A DNA stretch of 64,000 bases from an uncultured Anaerolineae bacterium. GTDB lineage: Bacteria > Chloroflexota > Anaerolineae > VGOG01. Shown here in pieces: positions 37,401-45,475 of this stretch. Position numbers and translations under genes: made by a program. The stretch covers positions 1,289-65,288 of the forward strand of contig CAZVCJ010000004.1 of assembly GCA_964625745.1 (NCBI GenBank), given 5' to 3'. The notes below the pieces were generated by a model. It worked only from the letters and a program-made list of their open reading frames with translations, had not been told where the DNA came from and searched no databases. Within the stretch, counting starts at the first letter, position 1, and each line of letters starts with the position of its first letter.

Positions 37401-40400
37401 GCCGTCCACTATGACCTCGTCTTCGACCTGCTGCTCGCTTCTGCCCAGCGGCGTGGTGGTTTCGTGCAGCGCCGTCCGGTTGATGTGCAGGTGTTCCCCG
37501 TCGTGGGTTGTGCGCGACACCAGGCACTCAGTCACCGAGTCGTCCAACGCTTTGACCTTTTGGTACAGGGTCTTGATTTCCGAGGCTGAGAGCACCCCTG
37601 GCCATACGGCGAGTTCGTCCACCAGGCCGCGGAAGTAGTTGCCCCAACGGGCCTTGCCGATGCGCAGGGGGCCGCTGCCCCAGTAGTAGCGGGCGGTGGT
37701 GTCCTGAGCCACCTGCACGCCGTCGCGGTAGATAGTGCGCTGCCCGGTCCCGAAGTCGTAGCTACAGGCCCAGTGGTGCCAGTCGGTGTCGCTGTACTGA
37801 TTCGACGTGACCAGGTAGTTGGTCGTGTCAAAGGCGCAGATGAACCGGTTGTTGCTCCAGAAGCCGATGTATAAGTCCCTGTCGGAGCCGGCGCTTCCCT
37901 GGCTGACGATGTATTCGTCTCGGTTGGTCCACTCACGTTTGGCCCAGAAGGCGATGGTGAAGGAGGACCCAGCGATCGGCACGTCGGCGCCGGTGATGAC
38001 GTCGTCAGTCCCGTCGAACTTGACCGCGTTGTAGGCTATGCCCTCCTTGCCGGCCTGAGGGCATTGCCCGGCGCTGCACTCAGCGGCGCCGTAGCCGCTG
38101 CGGGCGGCGTTGTTGAAGGTTTCGGCTCCGCTGACCTCGTCGAAGGGATAGACCACCAGCGCGCCCAGGTAGTCGTCTACGACTTCGCCTTCCGACAGGG
38201 CGCGGGGATAGATGGTCAATTCGTCGAAGTAGCCCTTGAAGAACCGCTTGTCGTCGCAACCGTAGGTGTTGCAGGGTTGGACACCCACAGCCACACCCAT
38301 GATCACAGATTGTGTGTGCAAGTTCGAGGACGACCGCTCGCCAGTGGCACGCAGTTTGCCGTCCACGTAGAGGTGCTGGCCGCCCACGCCGCCGCCGAAG
38401 GTATTAGCCACGTGGTGCCATTGGCCATCGGCGAAGTTCTTGCCCGACGAGCAGATGACCTCAGACTCCGTGGTATTCGGGTTGCCCTCGCCTAGCTTCG
38501 CGCAGAGGTTGCCGTTGAGGAGATAAATGTCGCGGTCGTGGTCATCGTAGTTGAACGCAGCAGCGTCGCCTACAGAGTAGATGCCACAAGTGTCACATTC
38601 GGCCTTGAACCAGAAGGTAATGCCGTAGGAGGAAACAGACAAGCCCACGCCCCCTGCCCTGATCCAAGCACCTTCCTCAAAGGTTGCACCACCCGTTTCA
38701 TGGTGTCCCTCGAAATACACGGCGTTGCCACGCTTGCCTTCCTTTCCAGATGGTATGTAGTCTTGCCAACAGCTAGCGTCGTGGTCAAAGCCGGAACTGT
38801 CGGCGAAAGTGCAGGCCGTATCCCCTTCTTCGTCGAAGTGGAACAGGGCAGCGATGCGCGGCTCGGCGCAGGTCACGTCCAGGAGGTAGCTTTTGCCGGG
38901 TGCCTCTGTGCGCCCCCGCTCGCCGCGCAGCTCGCCGTTCATCCCCACCCCCTGGGAGTAGACGGTGTACTGGCCGTTCAAGCTCCAGGCCACCGCCCAG
39001 CCGCCGTTCACCGGATCGTTGCTCACGGCAGCCTCCCAGCCTGCTTGATCGGAGAGGTTGCCGACGGTGAATTCGTCCGGCGTGTTTGACCCAGCCAGGA
39101 TGCGCCCGCGCAGGGAACGGTTGCTGCCGCTCCGGCTGGTGTAGATGACGAGGGTTCGGCCGCTCAGGGGATCGTAAGCGATCCGGGGACTCCATTCGCT
39201 GGCTGCGCTGGCAGAGACGGCCTCTGGTTCGGTGGCTGACTGGCCGGAGATGTAGGCGGTGTAGATATCGCTGCCCCGCTCCCACACTGCCTGATAGCGG
39301 TCGCCAACCCAGGCCAGCTTGGGAAAGCTCACATTGCTCGCGGAATCCAGCGTCAGCACCCCACCGCTCTTGTCGCCGTTGGCGAGCACGTGGCGCACCT
39401 TGATTTGCTCGTCGCCTGAGCACTCTCGCATCCAGGCTACCAGGAAGTTATCGCCATCGCTGGCCACGGTAGCGCCCCAGGCCTCACATTCTCCACCCGC
39501 AGACTCTACCTGGTGCAAACTCAGCGAGCCCCAGTTGGATGTAGCGCTCCTCCACGTAACCCAATAGGTGCCGTAGTTGTTCTTATATGAATAGACCACC
39601 AGGCACCTGCCGCTGTCGTTACAGGCGATGGCTGGCTCCGACGTTGCGCTCCAGCCTGCTTCGGCGAACACGTCAACGCCGCTGTCCGTGATGCCAGCGG
39701 GCGAGACACGGTAGCCGCGCACACGGTAGTCTTCTCGACTCACGGCAGCGTAGGCCGTGTTCCAGCCGTTGACCGATACGGCAGCCAGGCTCAACGCCTT
39801 TGGATAGCTGGTAGCGTGGCTATCGGTCTGCCAGGGGTCCCAGGCCCAGACCGACGGCGTGTGCAACTGCGACTTCACGTCGGTGGTGAGGGTCACGGTC
39901 TGGTTGCCGGTGCCCGCCGGCACGGTGAGGTCGGTGTACAGCGACTGGGACTTGTCCTTGGCGATGTCGAAGGTCATCTCCAGGGGGAAGCCCGTCAGCG
40001 GGTCGGCCTCTAGCTCGGTCGTGCCGCGCACCCAGAGGGGGCTGCCTGTCTCCACGTTGTTCTGCACGGTGGTGGTGAAGGGGAAGGTCTGCGTGGGCTT
40101 CACGACTTTGTCTGGGTCCCCCACCTCGGTGTACACCCCGATGGGGTTGGTGTTCCAGATGTAGGGGTTAAAGAGATTGTTGTTGTAGCAGTCCCGCCGC
40201 TCGCTTTCGTCATCGAGCTTGCCGCACTCGGTGTGTAGCGTGCGCTCGAAGAGGTCGTCCATTCCGTCACTATCCGCGTCGGCGTTCAAGGGATCGCTGA
40301 AAATCCTGGTTTTCTCAGGATACCTGTAGTAGAAGTCCCAGCCCTCTGTTTCCGCCGCGTCGGTGATGCCGTCGCCGTCGGTGTCGGGGCGGTTGGGATC

Positions 40401-43400
40401 GCTGCCCAGGAACGCTTCCTCCTGGTCCGAGAGGCCATCGCCGTCGGTGTCGGCGTCGCGCGGGTCGAAGACGTAGCCCCCTTCGTCAAAGCGAATGGCC
40501 GCCATCTGCAACTCCCAGGCGTCGGACAGGCCATCGCCATCGGTATCCCACCTGGTGTCATCAGGGTCGTTTCCGCCGTAGTCCTGAGCCATCAACCCGT
40601 CGCCGTCGGCGTCTTTGAACTTGAGATCCGAGGCCCACCCACTCACCTGCACGAACTCATCCAGGGTATTGGGAAAAACGTCCATCACGATGTTGCTGCC
40701 CAGGTCGGCCGGGTCCGCTTCGCCCTCCAGACCTCTGTCCACGCAGACGACGACGGGTATCGCCCAGGAAATCACCCAGAGCACTGCCCAGCACTCGACG
40801 CCGGGGAGGGCGTAGCCAGTGGAGAGGATCAGGGGGACGGTGCGGTTGATACCCGCCTCGGAGACGGTGCTGATGGCCGAGAGATCGTCGTCGAACCAGC
40901 CCTTGTAAAAAGTGCGCCCCCAGGCCTCGTAGGCATCGCTGACATGCCAGGGGTTAACCCTATTCGTGTCCCCAAGGTGGGTGGACATGGATTTCTTTTT
41001 TGTGTCCAGCTCGTATTCGAAGCTGGTGGACCGGATTTGATCTTTGTCGTACTTCCAGATATACAGGGACGTCCAGTATTCCCGGGGAAGCTCGTGAATC
41101 ACCGTGCTGGTGATGGTGGTTTTGAACTCGAACTGAGCGCCGGGCACCATGCCCCGCTCTGGGTTGACCAGCCTGGAGTCCAGCGTGCCCATTTTGACCA
41201 GGCCGTCGTCTTCTTCATCTATCGCCAGCTCGAAGGAGAAGAACGTCTTGGCCACCGCCTCGGTGACCACGCCTGTGATGGTAAATCCCGCGCCCGTCAG
41301 CCACAGGAGAACGTCCACCAGCGTCATGATACCGACGATGATGGCGCCGATGACGGTCAGGGAGAACACAGCCAGCATGATGGTCACGATGGCCGCGGCG
41401 AAGGTTTGGGCCAGCAACATGGAGAGGCCCAGTCCCCGCCTCAGGCCTTCGTTTTTGCACAGGGCGTAGATGAAAATGCCGAAGACGATGCCCAGACCGG
41501 CGATCATGCCGATCAGCCCTGCGATCCTGGACATGCCGATGAACTGTGATGAGCTCTTGAGAACCTGGGTCGTCGCACTGAGCACGCTGACGCCGCTGTA
41601 GGTCAGGGCCCTGATCATCCCCACAACCATCCGAAGGGGCGAGAGGATCAGCATGTAGCCCAGAGCTATCCCGACAATGGCATGCACCGCCATTTGGGCT
41701 TCTGTATTGGTGCCCAGATACTCCCTGGTCAGGAAATACACGCCGACGGCAAGGCCGGCCAGTACGAGCATTGCGCCAGCGGTCACTGCTCCCTTCGCTC
41801 CCAACCAGCGGCCCACATTCTTCCACTTGGCGATCAGGTTCCCGAGAGTGTGGCCGAATGGTTGTATCGCCCCCCTCGCTCCGGCTTGCGAGCTTCTGAC
41901 GATCTGGGCCAGAAACTCCAAAGCCTTTGTGGAGTAGAGGAAGTTGCGCATGATCCACATCTGGACCACGGCCACCACTGCCTTCGCTCCGAACGTAGCC
42001 ATGACAGCAGCAATGGGCCGGTCGGAAGTCTGGTACTTCTGTGTCAACAGGGTGCCGCCGCTTTGAACGGCTACGTGGACGCCAGTATATAGTGTGAGAT
42101 AGTAGATCTGGCCCACGAACACCGCGCCGGTGCGCAGATCCTCAGGGTGCTCCTCGTCCACGTACTCGTCGGCGAAGTCCTTTTCGTAGCGATTCTCTAG
42201 CTCCTCCCAGTAGTCCTCGATGGGATAGGGCTCCCAGGCGTCGTCTCGGTAGCGATACGGCGCCCAGTTCATGCCGGCCACCGTCTGCACCTCTACGTCG
42301 TCCGGCTTGAGGTCTAGCTTGAGCTGATGGTTGTCATCGGACCAAGTGATGGTGGATGCGCCGACTCGATCCTCGTCCAGGTTCAGGCTGCGGAAGCGCT
42401 CTTCCCGGGCAAAGAGCAGCGTCGGGGCGACAGGCACGTGGGGGGTGAAGTGGTCGTCCAGGATCTTCACGGCTTCGGTCATGCCGACGGTCGCCACTGC
42501 TTCGTCCATGGTGGGGTAGGTGTCGGTGACGACGCTCATGATGTTGCCCGCAGTGTCACTGATGCGCCAGGTGCTGGTAACGGAAACGCCGCTATTGGTG
42601 GTGTGATTGAAGCGGCTGTAGATCTCGGTGATAGTGATGTCCAGCTCGTCGTTGCCCCTGATGCACTCGTCATCGGTGGGGTCGTCGGGATCCTTTTCGT
42701 CCCACTCCTCGCAGTCCCGGCCGGCCAGGAAGGTGAGTTCCAGGCCCCTGGTCAGGAACATGAGGGCGGAATCGTCGTCCAGGTCATCGTCCACGTCGGG
42801 GTCCTCGTACACGATGGCGAAATCGGTGCCGTGATCCTCGCGCACGGCCAGGCCGGTTAGTTTCCATTCATCGTCGTACGTGTGGACGATCTCTGCTTCG
42901 TTTTTCTCCTCGTAGCTTGTGCAGCGGCCATCCTCGTAACGCTCGCACACGTCCACCAGTGCCTGGACAACCCACACCAGGCGCACCTGGTGGGCGTTGC
43001 CCCACTGGTCGGCCGGCTGGTACAGCATCCTGCCCGAGAAGGCCACGCGTGCGCTGCCCTTTGGCTCGGTGACCAGGACCAGCGGGACGTACACGGCCTT
43101 GTCCGTGCCATCCTCGTTCAAATCCATGATGGAGATGCCGTAAGCTTCCAGGTCGTTCTGAGGCGGCAGGTTGTTGGGCGAGCCTGTGGTCTTGATCTCC
43201 AGCATGGGTATCAACTTGACGTCGCCGTTGTCGTTGGGCGAGTGGGAGGTGCTGTGGTCCAGGTCGTAGAAGGTCTTGCCGTCGGTGTCCTGCATCTGGC
43301 CCTGGTCGTCGCCCTGCGGCCAGTCCAGCACGTTGAAGGCGTACCACAGGTGGTCGGGATCCGTCGGGCGCAGTTGGAACTCTACAAAAGTAGGCAGGTC

Positions 43401-45191
43401 TTCGGTCAGGTTATCCACCACCAACTGGAAGGGTGCATCGGCGGTGTAGGTGGTGTCGCCCTTGTAATACGGCGAGAGGTCCAGATTGTCGGGCACGTCG
43501 TCGTTGTCGTTGTCGCGGTCGAAGAGGTCGGGTGTGCCGTCGTTGTCCATGTCCGGTGGGAGAGCGCTTTCGGAGGCCCGGCCGGTGTTCCACTCGCGCC
43601 CGTCGTCAAGGCCATCCCTGTTGGTATCAAGCTCCGTGGGATCGCTGTACCACATCTTATCTTTGTAGGAGAAGCCGTTGATCTCCTCAGGATCCTCGAT
43701 GCCGTCGCTGTCGGAGTCGTCAGAGTCATCGGCGGTGCCCAGGATACATTCTTCGAAGTCGGTCAGGCCATCTTCGTCGGTGTCGCCGGTGTCATCGGGG
43801 TCACATTCGGGGGCGGAGGATTCGTTGTTGTCGTTGTTGTTGGAGGCAAGAGCAGGGAGTTGGATATTGGATATTGGGTATTGTGTATTGTGTGAGGTGT
43901 CTAGCGGGTTGAGGTTGGGATTCCAGTTGGGCTGGGTTAAGAGGGCTTCGAGGTCGCGCTGCATGTCGCTTTCCTGCTGAAGGGCTTCCTGTTCCTGGGC
44001 GCGTGTCTGCTGCTGCTCGAAGAATGCCGCCACCCGCAGGCTCTGCAACAGCGGCGAGAAAATCAGCGAGACGATCACGGTCACGGCCAACGCGATGTAC
44101 AGGCGACTGGAGCGTTTGTGGATCACAAGCATGATGGACAGAATCAGCGAGAAGACCAGTGGGATTGCAAAGCGGAGATCAGGGATTAGAGATTGGAGGT
44201 TGGAGATTGGAGACTGGAGATTGGGGGCTGCGGATCCTGACACCCCAGATCCGAAATCCGCATTCCGAAATCCGAAATCAATTGTCGCTTCGGCGCGGCT
44301 TTCCTGATCGTCCGGACCCGGTGGGAACTGGAGGCGCAGGATCTGGCGCAGAGGCAGGCCATCCGCACTGATCCACAGTTCGCCCTCGCCCGTCATCTTC
44401 ACGTAAGTCTTGGGCAGGTCCAGACTAACGCCGGGTGGCAGCTCCCCCTTCTCGGTCAGGTACTTCTCCAATTGGTCGCGCACATAAGCGGCGTAACTCC
44501 GCCCATCAACGTCAAACGTGAAACGTGAAATGTGAGGCGTGAGGCGTGAGTCCACGTTTTCACGCTTCACGTTCTTGGCCGCTGCCAGGAATGCCATGAA
44601 GTCGCCCTGGGGCGCGAAGAGGCCCGTGAAGTTGGGGATTTCCTGCCAGGCCTGCGTGTCCTGGCGGGCGTAGGCCCGGTCGCCATCCACCTTGATTTCC
44701 ACGCCGCTGCCGGGGTCCACCACGCTGCCGCCCTGCGACCACAAGGTCAGGTGCAGTTGCCGCTCGTGGAGGTCGGTTTCACCTTCCAGGTGCAGGGCTT
44801 CTTCTTTGCTCGTGCGGCCCACGTTGAGGATGGTGGGCTTGGGGATCACGGTCTGCTTGATGTCGGCCGTGAAGTGGTAGGCACCGGCCTGCTGGGCGCG
44901 CCGCCAGGCGGCCTGCACTGCGTGCTCTGGCGATGCCGCCGCAGTCACGGATGGCGCCTGGGCATACACCTGCTCGCTGGGAGCGCCCAGATCGGTGCTC
45001 TCCACAACCGATGCGAGCCGTGCCAGTGCGTCGTGAGCTCGCTCTCGGATTCGGTTTGCTCCTCCTTGCAGGGACGCGGCGATTGTGGGCAGTTCGCTGA
45101 GAACAGCCATCTGAGCGGCTAGTACCGCAACGCCAAGCACTACGGCGCACAATGCCAGAATCAGGCGATTGGGTGAGGATGGGTGCTTCAA
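31485..45191 (-). CDS. giant (4568 aa) membrane-embedded surface protein with TSP3-like Ca-binding repeats, LamG x2, Ig-like domains, a P-domain and a C-terminal TM anchor
   Basis: TTG start with GGAGG 10 nt upstream. Landmarks: N-terminal signal anchor; TM pair ~44045-44165; Asp-rich DxDxDG repeats ~43480-43830, ~40245-40612 and ~32030-32205; 5-7 TM helices ~41270-42010; two LamG/ConA-like domains ~37560-38850; PT linker ~35955-36075; proprotein-convertase P-domain-like ~32655-33040; C-terminus ...PVNRLELLASWLGLAALVVLAALAVALIWRRKT. Confidence 0.9.
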   Translation of the reverse strand: MKHPSSPNRLILALCAVVLGVAVLAAQMAVLSELPTIAASLQGGANRIRERAHDALARLASVVESTDLGAPSEQVYAQAPSVTAAASPEHAVQAAWRRAQQAGAYHFTADIKQTVIPKPTILNVGRTSKEEALHLEGETDLHERQLHLTLWSQGGSVVDPGSGVEIKVDGDRAYARQDTQAWQEIPNFTGLFAPQGDFMAFLAAAKNVKRENVDSRLTPHISRFTFDVDGRSYAAYVRDQLEKYLTEKGELPPGVSLDLPKTYVKMTGEGELWISADGLPLRQILRLQFPPGPDDQESRAEATIDFGFRNADFGSGVSGSAAPNLQSPISNLQSLIPDLRFAIPLVFSLILSIMLVIHKRSSRLYIALAVTVIVSLIFSPLLQSLRVAAFFEQQQTRAQEQEALQQESDMQRDLEALLTQPNWNPNLNPLDTSHNTQYPISNIQLPALASNNNDNNESSAPECDPDDTGDTDEDGLTDFEECILGTADDSDDSDSDGIEDPEEINGFSYKDKMWYSDPTELDTNRDGLDDGREWNTGRASESALPPDMDNDGTPDLFDRDNDNDDVPDNLDLSPYYKGDTTYTADAPFQLVVDNLTEDLPTFVEFQLRPTDPDHLWYAFNVLDWPQGDDQGQMQDTDGKTFYDLDHSTSHSPNDNGDVKLIPMLEIKTTGSPNNLPPQNDLEAYGISIMDLNEDGTDKAVYVPLVLVTEPKGSARVAFSGRMLYQPADQWGNAHQVRLVWVVQALVDVCERYEDGRCTSYEEKNEAEIVHTYDDEWKLTGLAVREDHGTDFAIVYEDPDVDDDLDDDSALMFLTRGLELTFLAGRDCEEWDEKDPDDPTDDECIRGNDELDITITEIYSRFNHTTNSGVSVTSTWRISDTAGNIMSVVTDTYPTMDEAVATVGMTEAVKILDDHFTPHVPVAPTLLFAREERFRSLNLDEDRVGASTITWSDDNHQLKLDLKPDDVEVQTVAGMNWAPYRYRDDAWEPYPIEDYWEELENRYEKDFADEYVDEEHPEDLRTGAVFVGQIYYLTLYTGVHVAVQSGGTLLTQKYQTSDRPIAAVMATFGAKAVVAVVQMWIMRNFLYSTKALEFLAQIVRSSQAGARGAIQPFGHTLGNLIAKWKNVGRWLGAKGAVTAGAMLVLAGLAVGVYFLTREYLGTNTEAQMAVHAIVGIALGYMLILSPLRMVVGMIRALTYSGVSVLSATTQVLKSSSQFIGMSRIAGLIGMIAGLGIVFGIFIYALCKNEGLRRGLGLSMLLAQTFAAAIVTIMLAVFSLTVIGAIIVGIMTLVDVLLWLTGAGFTITGVVTEAVAKTFFSFELAIDEEDDGLVKMGTLDSRLVNPERGMVPGAQFEFKTTITSTVIHELPREYWTSLYIWKYDKDQIRSTSFEYELDTKKKSMSTHLGDTNRVNPWHVSDAYEAWGRTFYKGWFDDDLSAISTVSEAGINRTVPLILSTGYALPGVECWAVLWVISWAIPVVVCVDRGLEGEADPADLGSNIVMDVFPNTLDEFVQVSGWASDLKFKDADGDGLMAQDYGGNDPDDTRWDTDGDGLSDAWELQMAAIRFDEGGYVFDPRDADTDGDGLSDQEEAFLGSDPNRPDTDGDGITDAAETEGWDFYYRYPEKTRIFSDPLNADADSDGMDDLFERTLHTECGKLDDESERRDCYNNNLFNPYIWNTNPIGVYTEVGDPDKVVKPTQTFPFTTTVQNNVETGSPLWVRGTTELEADPLTGFPLEMTFDIAKDKSQSLYTDLTVPAGTGNQTVTLTTDVKSQLHTPSVWAWDPWQTDSHATSYPKALSLAAVSVNGWNTAYAAVSREDYRVRGYRVSPAGITDSGVDVFAEAGWSATSEPAIACNDSGRCLVVYSYKNNYGTYWVTWRSATSNWGSLSLHQVESAGGECEAWGATVASDGDNFLVAWMRECSGDEQIKVRHVLANGDKSGGVLTLDSASNVSFPKLAWVGDRYQAVWERGSDIYTAYISGQSATEPEAVSASAASEWSPRIAYDPLSGRTLVIYTSRSGSNRSLRGRILAGSNTPDEFTVGNLSDQAGWEAAVSNDPVNGGWAVAWSLNGQYTVYSQGVGMNGELRGERGRTEAPGKSYLLDVTCAEPRIAALFHFDEEGDTACTFADSSGFDHDASCWQDYIPSGKEGKRGNAVYFEGHHETGGATFEEGAWIRAGGVGLSVSSYGITFWFKAECDTCGIYSVGDAAAFNYDDHDRDIYLLNGNLCAKLGEGNPNTTESEVICSSGKNFADGQWHHVANTFGGGVGGQHLYVDGKLRATGERSSSNLHTQSVIMGVAVGVQPCNTYGCDDKRFFKGYFDELTIYPRALSEGEVVDDYLGALVVYPFDEVSGAETFNNAARSGYGAAECSAGQCPQAGKEGIAYNAVKFDGTDDVITGADVPIAGSSFTIAFWAKREWTNRDEYIVSQGSAGSDRDLYIGFWSNNRFICAFDTTNYLVTSNQYSDTDWHHWACSYDFGTGQRTIYRDGVQVAQDTTARYYWGSGPLRIGKARWGNYFRGLVDELAVWPGVLSASEIKTLYQKVKALDDSVTECLVSRTTHDGEHLHINRTALHETTTPLGRSEQQVEDEVIVDGTLPTADITSLADDQHIGETGTLPIGGEARDNTYVTKVEVRVDGGAWQEADGAETWTWDWDTSAVGEGWHTLSVRANDPADNVGNPSSIGVFIDRTPPQLTVTEVRGKAWDDSQGRWWVWVKGTVEDSTNGSLYVLLQGQHRRRISPEEETHVRAGGGWTSLRFSAGDGSAHQWELNYALPAFDNEGNALPNPTGVYTLYMRARDDAGNYLPEAVYGVFEVDNTPPVADLQYMGPYTDAIACNDVTLTGVITDPGPVDSGVGILYVKFEPVAELWKSWYYYHSGRATLAESGWGITTTTWTYEMPDLEGFYELRLESHDVQPWPYHGGKAAVWNGMVDTAAPRAEPGLKWLSLPFGPTEVTCYVEDLNLDEDTFIGCPCPEDTWQRTYFHEISSWYSEVTTDTNRLVRITATCQVNGALPFLAHYVCDAYDHCTTATYPIDVPIPPTPTPWPPSEWGPTPTPTQEPTATPTPTPTPTPPPPLSLDSAVITPSNGTAFSTTAAFGVEGQAYAENYLQTLTVTVNSAPFYDTGWPDSPDPGAVTETTWTTSYTPLGEGYYTLNSEVSDWISQVQTTTHPITVTVDLQPPAPPTFDTTVITTARRAAQGAAVLSGNAADNFGVARVDVNPDDRGWGAASLTGEAISPVWRYTWPIDDADPDGVNYDVTARATDFASHTNATTATLLFDMQAPEAVTITLGYFDALGAYHPVEPRQTITDGNQLVIEWTLSTDGSGVAGYRVGWTDSPTNTEGTLYVPAGTAYSYTQVISEAHEVYAHVVSVDIYGNWQEQTEGPVYVDAPLTPDLIRTQLPTGLLYHGWMDSGCTQMGRSRSVADRAPTGASLSENQEFYATWDANALRLAWVGANWDVEGDLFIYLDTRSGGATQLLNPYGGPAPGIYLPGNLPELVTSEWPEFEQVRQSQTVAALQSMAMQADYLVWVVDSETAALWEWNEVTEGWDLSLWLTAEQYQWNNGITDLYLPFDLLDISNPATNSLGLLAAASEEDALRLWSAMPDRNLLNSVLAVNPLAAVQAATQRNFVLPNFYRWPSLGPLLCPYTEALQEPPTSQGFVDSDLRVELTVEPLGTTYALFGDDLFWQWETLFQESGPKSQQFTFLDNTHPPVGQDDVISYTLRVSNRGTSEALDVQAFVLAYSALSLPDGSRLDQGYMEYRQLNVGSVAPGDTVTVTFSGVVEVESNWRYERCVNVDGLPPEVCRQLLQWAILDGLVFDARNPFSGTTGIPTQPPLEWVWADHAVDIDPPQHVGIEVPKLVVGPGANTVRGYASDPSGVPLVEVEVRDPLGGVTVLNCPDAMPHDGQWTCEWNVVGSDGDEFELRARATDGYDHVSDWTIPWHVVVVDATPPTVALDDEARAAVDGQFIGPGGELLTGPISDTHSSVVVQVCREVDEETVCESAATLLSTQAPTDTAHFYDDVPTAPIVITGIITDVITATTYCGGGEITRTFTVADAFIVGDVDLGFNATHPAREEIVAELVSPSGTRALVIAPSGATYGFANYDVWLDDAASGPLHAPIQDDPTEPYFDRPAQPFSSLSTFIGEASQGMWQLNICDLNPLLNEGTYNRSRLSLTPQSAALSTAGRWNYPLPLIEGADGLSVTLSIYGLDGVGNRTPEPISLTYQLDVVPPALTTTVVITMMYELSPTLVLAGQVSDGGGVDEVYVRVDPPDAASYRDLTARVGEEWVYTLRPDTGGTYALWLEAHDLVGNIRLEGPLYVEVALSDSDGDSIPDDEDNCPLVSNPDQADADDDEAGDACDNCPNHANPGQEDLDGDGVGNACDDTANDLPTSTGSGSFTLQASAGYFSFIAGVGNPSPADAPSLDFLHGFFNFTIEGLAPGGTVEVTISLPDDMPPDTQYWKYGPTVANPANHWYQIPMGDNDGDNVITITITDGGDGDDDLVANGVITEPGGPGQPPPQPPVPVGGIIVPVNRLELLASWLGLAALVVLAALAVALIWRRKT
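43860..43894. repeat. period-7 array (TTGGATA type, 5 units) in-frame in the giant ORF
   Basis: Units: ttggata ttggata ttgggta ttgtgta ttgtgtg. Peptide: HNTQYPISNIQ. Confidence 0.9.
44172..44283. repeat. period-7 array of 16 units (TTGGAGA type switching to ATCCGAA type) in-frame in the giant ORF
   Basis: Units counted directly. Peptide: [33 protein letters not shown]. Confidence 0.9.
44507..44576. repeat. period-7 array (AAACGTG type, inverting to CACGTTT type) in-frame in the giant ORF
   Basis: Units: aaacgtg aaacgtg aaatgtg aggcgtg aggcgtg agtccac gttttca cgcttca cgttctt. Confidence 0.9.
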
Positions 45192-45475
45192 AAAAAGTGT
45201 GCCTCCTTCGATTCAAGGCCAACCAGCGATGGAGCATGTCACGCAGACCTGGGGAAAACGAGCAAGCGGCAACCATCAGGGTATATTGACCCTGATCTGT
45301 TGCCACCTGGGTGTTGCAGAACATCGTTCGAACGTTGAGCCAGCATCGCAGGGGGGGTATGCCATCTGGTACTCCGGTACTGCGGATGAACAAAGGGCCA
45401 TTCTGAAATTCTGTGCCAGTTTATCACAGTCGCGTCAAATGTCAAGTTTACGTATTCATTCACTCCAATGCCCCG

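Noticed and set aside
31321-45191. The tRNA-Val adjacent to the giant ORF might mark a genomic-island integration site.
   Set aside because: There is no integrase, no direct repeat of the tRNA 3' end, and the giant ORF has the same high-GC character and the same repeat families as the rest of the window.
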